Shown piece after piece: positions 56,532 through 64,000 of a stretch of 64,000 bases of DNA. The notes under the pieces were generated by a model, which was not told the DNA's origin, searched no databases, and was given only the letters and a program-made list of their open reading frames with translations. The position numbers and the translations under genes were made by a program. The DNA is from the human T2T-CHM13v2.0 reference genome, Homo sapiens. The stretch is taken from NCBI GenBank assembly GCA_009914755.4, contig CP068257.2, positions 15,008,001-15,072,000 of the forward strand. The letters run 5' to 3'. Numbering within the stretch: the stretch's first letter is position 1; each line of letters starts with the position of its first letter.

Positions 56532-56809
56532 TTGTATTAGCCCATTCTCACGATGTTAACATGGTGGAAGGCAAAGGAGGAGCAAGGGCATGTCTTACAT
56601 GGCAGCAGGCAAGAGGTCATATGCAGGGAGCTCCCCTTTATAAAACCACCAGATCTCATGAGACATATTCACTATCATGAGAACAGCACAGGGAAAACCC
56701 GCCCCTATGATTCAATTACTTCCCACTGGGACCCTCCCATGACAAGTGAGGGTTATGGGAACTACAATTCAATCTGAGATTTGAGTGGGGACACAGCCAA
56801 ACCATATCA
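56532..56809 (-). mobile_element. MaLR LTR (THE1-type), internally deleted solo LTR
   Basis: TTGTATTAGCCCATTCTCACGATG...GGCAAAGGAGGAGCAAGGGCATGTCTTACATGGCAGCAGGCAAGAGG...GGGAGCTCCCCTTTATAAAACCACCAGATCTCATGAGACATATTCACTATCATGAGAACAGCACAGGGAAAACCCGCCCCTATGATTCAATTACTTCCCACTGGGACCCTCCCATGACAAGTGAGGGTTATGGGAACTACAATTCAATCTGAGATTTGAGTGGGGACACAGCCAAACCATATCA. About 90 bp near the 3' part of the LTR is missing. Confidence 0.85.
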
Positions 56810-56979
56810 TAATTCCTGGTGAAAAATCTAAAATATGTGTTTCCATTAGTTTTGAAACAATGGAACTGTAATGTAAATTGATAATCTTAGAGTCAATTAT
56901 TTTTTCCTGAATGTATAATTTGGGAATCTTAATAACAACAAAAAAAAATAGATTACTCAGTTACAAAAGTACAACAAAT

Positions 56980-57255
<276 letters not shown>

Positions 57256-57274
57256 TTACAAAAGTACAACAAAT

Positions 57275-57350
57275 CCCCATGACACAACTTTACCTATGAA
57301 ACAAACCTGTACTTGTACCCTGGACCTAAAATGAAAGTTTAAAAAAAAAG
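57275..57350 (+). mobile_element. LINE-1 3'UTR terminal fragment (older subfamily) into which the Alu inserted
   Basis: CCCCATGACACAACTTTACCTATGAAACAAACCTGTACTTGTACCCTGGACCTAAAATGAAAGTTTAAAAAAAAA, cf. the L1PB tail CCCCATGACACAAGTTTACCTATGTAACAAACCTGCACATGTACCCCTGAACTTAAAATAAAAGTTAAA. Confidence 0.7.
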
Positions 57351-58833
57351 TACACAAACACTCATGGACATATATTTAATTTAAAATAATTTCACATACC
57401 CCCACACAATGAAACCTGTTTTAATATTAAGATTATTAAGGATCTAGCTTCTCAAAAGTCTTATAATCTTTAAATTGTAAACGTCTGAATCTTGGAGGCC
57501 TAGCAGATGGGCGAGGAGAGAACAATACACAAAGCCAAAAAAAAAAAAATGCCTGGAATGTGATTGATCTTTGGAATTTGTGCAAACACATAGGGTGGTG
57601 CCTACTGAGGAGGCTGCAGAAAGGGAGTATAATAAAAAATCATATTTTTCTGCTTTAAATCAATAAAATTAATTTTATAACAATGTGAAATAATTGTGGA
57701 TCCAGCTGACAGTTTGCTCAAGGGTAGTTCACTTTAAATACTCAGATACTTCCCTGGCCCTTATCATCTTAACTGGTCACTCGCCCAGAATGGGCTGTGT
57801 TTGTAAGTCATGAGATGCTTCTTCCATGACTTTAGTGGCCTCTAAACTCATGTGAAATTTATACGTTTAAGTCTGGTCCAAAATGAATCACATCTGTTTT
57901 TTTGGAAACTGTGGCCAACTTAAAACTTTCAAAAGAAAATGAGAACTAAAAACGCTTCCTCTGTCTTAACAGAGCAGAAAGAAAGGATGTGAAAGAATAT
58001 ACAACCTTGACATTATGGATATTACTTTATCCCCTTATATTTGCAGTTTTTATATAAGAAAAAAGTTCTAAAACTAACATTTGGATACATGTCACTGAGT
58101 GGTAGAGTTGTTTCAATCATAACTGAAATAGAGAACCATTCGTTCCTTTTTATAACAAAGACGAATTCTTCATTCTGTGAATGAGAATTAACAACCAAGG
58201 TTTTCAGGGGCTTAATGTTACAGAAGCTGTCATTAATTATAATGCTTATTATAAAAACGGAATTGTAATAAATCAGGCTGCAGTCAACCACCTTTGAACA
58301 GCTAGAATACTTACATACTCGTAGTGTTTTGCTTTTTTTCTTCTCTTTATTCCATGTAATTACTTAGATCATCCTTTTTATTTCCTGATTCTTTCTTGCT
58401 TATGGTATTTTTTTGCATAGGGAATGACAAATGAAGAAAATATTGTAGTATTATATGAGTTTTGGTAGGGCAGTCTGGGTTAACAAATGTACTCCATAAC
58501 ATATAATAGACCAAAAACAATAGACATGTATTGCTCCTACCCTTAATAGTTCAAGCAAGGGTCTACTTTTCAAATGGCAGCTCTCATCTTGTGATCATTC
58601 AAGAACCCACACTCCTTCATCTGTGACTACCAATCCAGAGGCAAGGTTCTTCATATTTTTGTTTCTGTGCCATGGACTCATCTTTCACTCTGGTAAAGCC
58701 TAAAGAAACTTTCTAAGTACAATGCTTTAAAATACATACAATAATAATAGGGCTTAAAGGAAAACAATTATATTGACATACGTTTATCAAAACATGTATA
58801 TGAAATGAATTTGTGATACAGCAATATATGTCC

Positions 58834-59135
58834 TTTTTTTTTTTTTTTTTTTTTTCCAGAGGCAAGGTCTTGCTCTGTTGCCCAGGCTGGAGTGGAGATC
58901 ATGGCTCACTACAGCCCCAACTTCCTAGGCTCAACTGATTCTCCTACCTCAGCCTCTCGAGTAGCTGGGACTATAGGCATGGGCCACCTTGCCTGGCTAA
59001 GTTTTTCTTATTTTTGGAGAGATGGGATCTCACTATATTGCCCAGATTGGTCTTGAACTCGTGGCCTCAATTGATCTTCCTTTCTCAACTTCCAAAAGTG
59101 CTAGGATTACAGGTGTGACCCACTGTGCCCAGCCC
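58834..59135 (-). mobile_element. Alu SINE (older, AluJ/S-like), minus orientation, ~23 nt poly-T
   Basis: TTTTTTTTTTTTTTTTTTTTTTTCCAGAGGCAAGGTCTTGCTCTGTTGCCCAGGCTGGAGTGGAGATCATGGCTCACTACAGCCCCAACTTCCTAGGCTCAACTGATTCTCCTACCTCAGCCTCTCGAGTAGCTGGGACTATAGGCATG...GGATTACAGGTGTGACCCACTGTGCCCAGCC. Confidence 0.9.
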
Positions 59136-59707
59136 TATGTGTGTTTTTAAATTAGTATTAGATAACCAGATCTTGCAACACAGTGCTAATAACCACCATA
59201 ATTTTGAAGTAGTGATGAAGGCAAACAGTATTTTGAGATATCTGCAGCAGAAGAGCTGATACAAAAATATCTATGATTTTAACTGGGAGCCAAGTCACAG
59301 GTACTACTATGCCACTGGGATTTGTTGGCTGCCATCATAAGAGAAAGAAATTATAAATTTCAGTTAGATCCAGTTAAAATAGAGATGTAATTTGTTCCCA
59401 TCCAAGTTCATGAACTCCCTGAATTCTATCCACAAATCCCCGAAGGCTAAGAATCTCAGCCCTTGTCTGCCAAAGCCAGCAGGAGGGAAAAGTGAGCATG
59501 GAAGAGCATTTAGTTCTAGTACTTGGTGCTGATATTAACTACAAGTATAATGGAATCAAATAATATCCACAACGTCAATATCGTATATCCTTCCCCTGTT
59601 ATGAACTTTGTCCCCAAAATGGCACATATAACTTCCTATTGACCATAATTCAGACATATAGGGAAGTAGGAAGGGAGGGAACAGATTCTATGAAAAATAT
59701 ATTTTCT

Positions 59708-60108
59708 TTATTTTTATTTTACTTTAATTTCTGGGATACATGTGCAGAACATGAAGGTTTGTTATATAAGTATACATGTGCCATGGTGGTTTGCTGCACC
59801 TATGAACCTGTCATCTAGGTTTTAAGCCCTGCATGCATTAGGTATTTGTCCTAATGCTCTCGCTCCCCTTGTCCCCCATCTCCTCACAGGCCCTGGTGTG
59901 TGATGTTCCCCTCCCTGTGTCCATGTGTTTTCATTGGTCAACTCCCACTTATGAGTGGGAATATGCAGTGTTTGGGTTTCTGTTCTTGTGTTAGTTTGTG
60001 GTGAATGATGGCTTCCAGCTTCATCCATGTCCCTGCAAAGGACATGAACTCACTCTTTTTTTAATGGCTGTACATGTGACGTATTTTTTTTTAATCCAGT
60101 TTATCACA
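59708..60108 (-). mobile_element. LINE-1 3' end (L1PA-like), minus orientation; 3' segment of a twin-primed insertion
   Basis: TTATTTTTATTTTACTTTAATTTCTGGGATACATGTGCAGAACATGAAGGTTTGTTATATAAGTATACATGTGCCATGGTGGTTTGCTGCACC...GGACATGAACTCACTC...TTTAATCCAGTTTATCACAG. Spans L1 from the 3' terminus up to about ...GATAGACTGGATTAA. Confidence 0.9.
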
Positions 60109-60353
60109 GAAACACTTTTACACTGTTGGTGGGAGTGTAATTAGTTCAACCATTGTGGAAGACAGTGTGGCAACTCCTCAAGGATCTAGAACCAGAAATA
60201 CCCTTTGGCCCAACAATCCCATTACTGGGTATATACCCAAAGGATTAAAAATCATTCTACTGTAAAGACATATGCACACGTATGTTTATCACAGCACTAT
60301 TTATATTAGCAAAGTCATGGGACCAACCCAAATGCCCATCAATGATAGGCTGG
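60109..60353 (+). mobile_element. LINE-1 ORF2 C-terminal segment, plus orientation; inverted 5' segment of the same twin-primed insertion
   Basis: AAACACTTTTACACTGTTGGTGGGAGTGTAATTAGTTCAACCATTGTGGAAGACAGTGTGGCAACTCCTCAAGGATCTAGAACCAGAAATACCCTTTGGCCCAACAATCCCATTACTGGGTATATACCCAAAGGATTAAAAATCATTC...AACCCAAATGCCCATCAATGATAGGCTGG. In L1 coordinates this ends where the minus segment begins (...CAATGATAG(G/A)CTGG). Confidence 0.88.
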
Positions 60354-61729
60354 AAAATACATTTTCTAGTAGTCGACTCAATTTACAGACCTGAAAGAGG
60401 CAGTCCAATTTAGTTCCTGTTAAAACTGTTGTGATCAGAAGGGTAAATTATCCTTGCTTGTTAAAAGTGTCTCTGTCTATGTTCCCATGCTTTTACTGTT
60501 TTCGTTTTTTTCTTTTCTATGCCCATTTTGGTTTATACGTCATTGTCACAAAATGTACTGACAAATGGGATTTAAATTACTATTATAATAACATAGCATG
60601 TGGAACAAATATTAATTTCTAAGCTCATGAACATCATATTTCTAGATCTAAGCTGACTTTTTACCTAGTAACCATACATTAATGACTCATGGACAGTATG
60701 TATTCTATATAAGTGCCACAGAAATCAAGTGAGTGTCTGATAAAGCCCAACTCACACCTCATGGCACACCGCGGAGGAAGGGAGTGACTCTCCTTGGAAA
60801 TCAGAAAGATTTCTAAGTGAAGGGAAAGCTTTTCTGGGAAGTTAGGAATTCGTAGTACTTCAACTGGTGGACCTAAGGAAATTTTGTCCCAGAAAACATT
60901 GTGAACAAAGGAGAGGAAAAGCATGTTCTGAAAATGATTACTATCTTGGGTTGACTGTAGCATAGGGTCATAAGGGAAAATAAAACGATAGTCCACTCTA
61001 AAAAGTATAAAAGCATCAGAGTATGAATAATCTTGATGTTCTGCCAAAATTGGCAGAGAGACTGGTTAGATAGCTATTGTAAAATTCAGAGAAGAGTAAG
61101 TTCTCATACAATTCATTGGCTAGGGAAAGGGAAATGAGTGGATTATTTTGAAAGATAATTTAGATTTAGAAATAATAGTTCATTACAGAGAATCTGTTTC
61201 AGGAACAAATGTGAGAGAGGAAATTGAGAGAGTAGCTTCTGATGGTTAACCTAGAGGATGGTGGTGCTATCTAAACCACGGCAGAAGACAAAGGCAGTGG
61301 GGCAGACTGAGGGAAAGAAGATAACGGGCTCAGTTTGGGACATTTTAGGTCTGCTGGATGAGCAAGACATGCATTTCACACTCAGAGAAACAGTCTAGGG
61401 TGTAAGCCTGAAATGTAAGAGAGGGCCAGTATTTGAGTTATAGGTCTCCTGGGAACCAGTTAGGACATATGAGTAAAATCAATTAGGAAAGGACTGTCAA
61501 ATAGAACATCAGTCAATTTTAAAGCACCTAGAAAAGCAGTTCCACACAGGAATCAAGACTTTCTCATACTAGCTGCATTTTTTATTGCATTCAACTAAAT
61601 GATGGATGAGAATAAAAAACATCAAAAGACTCATAAAAGTAAGATTTTAAAAATATGCCCTGCTGCATTTTCAGGGACAAGATTAAAAGTAAGGGTTTAT
61701 ATATTTATTTCTTTTATATATTTCTTTTC

Positions 61730-61756
61730 TTATATATATATATATATATATATATT
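61730..61756. repeat. (TA)n microsatellite
   Basis: TATATATATATATATATATATATATAT read directly. Confidence 0.9.
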
Positions 61757-64000
61757 TCTTTTTATAGATGATGAATGACAAGTGTGTCATTGTTAATAGG
61801 TTCTCTCAAATATTGAAGAACTTAGAACTTCTATTAGAAAATACCTCATAAAGCAAAACTGGGCCACATGTCCATTTCTGATCCAATCACTGGCAGGGGA
61901 AATGGGATAACTCCTTGGATTATTAGTCTCTTCCTGGAGGATGAATGGAATTTACTTATCAAGATACTTAGCTATGTGTATTAGGTGTGGGGTAGAGATT
62001 ACCTGAAAACACAAGTCAGAATGCTCTTGGAAAGAAAGGAGGAGTGGATATTATGAAGGCAAAAGTAATGTCTATTGTATCTTGATGATCTGGCTGATTA
62101 AATAACAATAACAACAACGACACGTTTTCTTTTTAACCTTTATTATTTCGTATTATTCTAAAAAGTATTAGTTCTTCCTCCTTAATTGAATACAGTTTAT
62201 AAAGGATTTTGCCCTCAGGGTTATCATTCTGAATTAGCATGAATCATCAATATCAAAAATATACGTGTAAAAAATGTAGATAATTGAGCCAAATACAAAC
62301 AACATCAGAAAATATATTGGAAGATATCTGATGAATTTTTATGATACATTTATATTTTTAAAATGTAACTTTACAATGGAGAGATGTTGTTTGTCATGTT
62401 TTCCGGTTAATGTCCAGTGCCTAAAAAGATGCCTCATACATAGTAGGCACTCAATAAATATGTGTGAAATGAATAAATGATGAAAATCTTTATATCACTT
62501 AAATTGTGATTTTTATCTTTCTCTGAAAACAGAATTCTCCGTAAGTATTTTATTTCCGATGACTTTCATTCTATTATTCCCTTTTGTAATATTCTTTCTA
62601 AATTTCACTATGTGTAACCTCATTTGCCCTTCAACTTTATCCAAAGTTCTGAATGTATTCATATTGACTCCTTCTTTCCCTTTTTGGCTTTTAAATATCC
62701 TGGCATAATTTGTTTTGACTGGGTAGAACTGTGTTCTTTTGGACAGCCAACTTCCTTGAACTCTGCTTTCTAAAAGAAGCCCAAGGATTCATCGTACTAA
62801 TTTTCAAATTTGATGCAATTAGCTTCATAAAGTTAATTTTCTTAATTCTGCTGACATTTCCATTTCCTTCCCTTAGGGAAGAGAATTCGATTTCATTAAC
62901 TTGTGATTGTTTCCTCAAGGTTTCTTTCTACTATTAGAAGCCCATCTAATTTTTCCCTATGAGCAAGAATAAAATCTGATATCTGCCCTAGGAATTTTAC
63001 CTTTATTACAGAAGATCAAGCCATGAGATCTCATTGCTTCAGAAATACTTTGTCATCAGTATTCAGTTTGATATGCGCCTGTCAATGCTTCTTCATCTTT
63101 ATATAAAATTGCTTTAAGTCAACTAAAAAAAACCTTATTAACCTTCTTTTACTGGTTTAGTGATTTATATAATTTACATTTTTATAATGTGGTTATTTTC
63201 TGTGTTCTTACCATATTAACTTTAATCCAATTATTATTTCCAAACAATTCCATTGCTACACCTTTATTCTGGATATAAAAAAGCATTAATTTCACAAATA
63301 ATTATGAAATGAGTTCTCTTTTCTAAGCTCATCCTCTAGTTCCAAGTGCTATTCTACTCATTGTCAGGTATGTTAATAACAGCTTAACTCTGGCCCTGAG
63401 ATGGGGCTTCCAGATATTCCTGATTAATTCCATCATTCAAAAGTCACATTGAAGCCTATTTGCATAGTTGTATGATTATTTCCTCACAAAAGAATATAGT
63501 AATTAATAGATAATGAGATATTTAAAACATATTATGATGGTCATTGAAACGATATATGTCAGTGTTCATAAGTCGATAATTTTATTTAAAAAGTTTTAAA
63601 GAAAGTGAGCAAATGAAGTGATAAAAAACTAAAATCTTCCACTGGTTTGTATTAGAAAGAAAAAACAAATGGTAAAAGAGTTGGTGAGAACCCAGAGAAG
63701 AGTTAAACAGATAGCTAAACCTACTTATTAAATTAAGCAGGAAGATATCAGTTGACTAAAGTGACAAGATGGTTATTTTATAAAAACTTTAAAGTGCTTC
63801 AAATTATGCCTTGTTAATTCTTTTTATTTCTTCAACTAATATATTTTGAGTGTTAGTATATGTGAGTTATTACAGAACTACTGAATGTGAGCCAGAGAAA
63901 TTGGATTAAAAATTACGGTATTGCATTTGAGCTGTCTAAGGGATGATTAGGGTAGGCCTCCACAGGTAAACGAAGCACCTATATAGGTAGTTATTTAAAG

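Overview
This 64 kb window is primate DNA, most plausibly human, from an AT-rich, CpG-poor, gene-poor region that could be intergenic or deep intronic. It is not a prokaryotic locus, so I find no CRISPR arrays, operons, tRNA or rRNA genes, and no novel defence-type system, and I do not claim any. A large part of the sequence, roughly half, is recognisable interspersed repeat: 11 Alu SINEs (several young AluY-like copies with intact target-site duplications and long A-tails), at least 9 LINE-1 fragments (young L1PA-type 3' ends nested in older L1M/L1PB bodies), several MaLR (THE1/MST) LTRs including one full-length LTR-internal-LTR element carrying the window's longest ORF (180 aa), an L2 fragment, MIR fragments, a MITE-like DNA transposon, and a handful of microsatellites. 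Every ORF of 60 aa or more in the supplied track falls inside a repeat (L1 ORF2 remnants, Alu-derived frames, the MaLR internal ORF) or in AT-rich unique DNA with no coding signature. I therefore call no protein-coding gene. The structures I find most worth a second look are: (i) a ~388 bp inverted duplication of an old L1 segment (~97% identity, arms ~3.4 kb apart) that abuts a young L1 insertion; (ii) a twin-primed (5'-inverted) L1 insertion with a clear 14 bp target-site duplication; (iii) a tail-to-tail inverted Alu pair only ~86 bp apart; (iv) an Alu flanked by an unusually long ~30 bp direct repeat; and (v) the complete MaLR element. All coordinates were read by eye from the sequence and carry about ±10 bp uncertainty. 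Subfamily names are from memory of consensus sequences, not from a database search.
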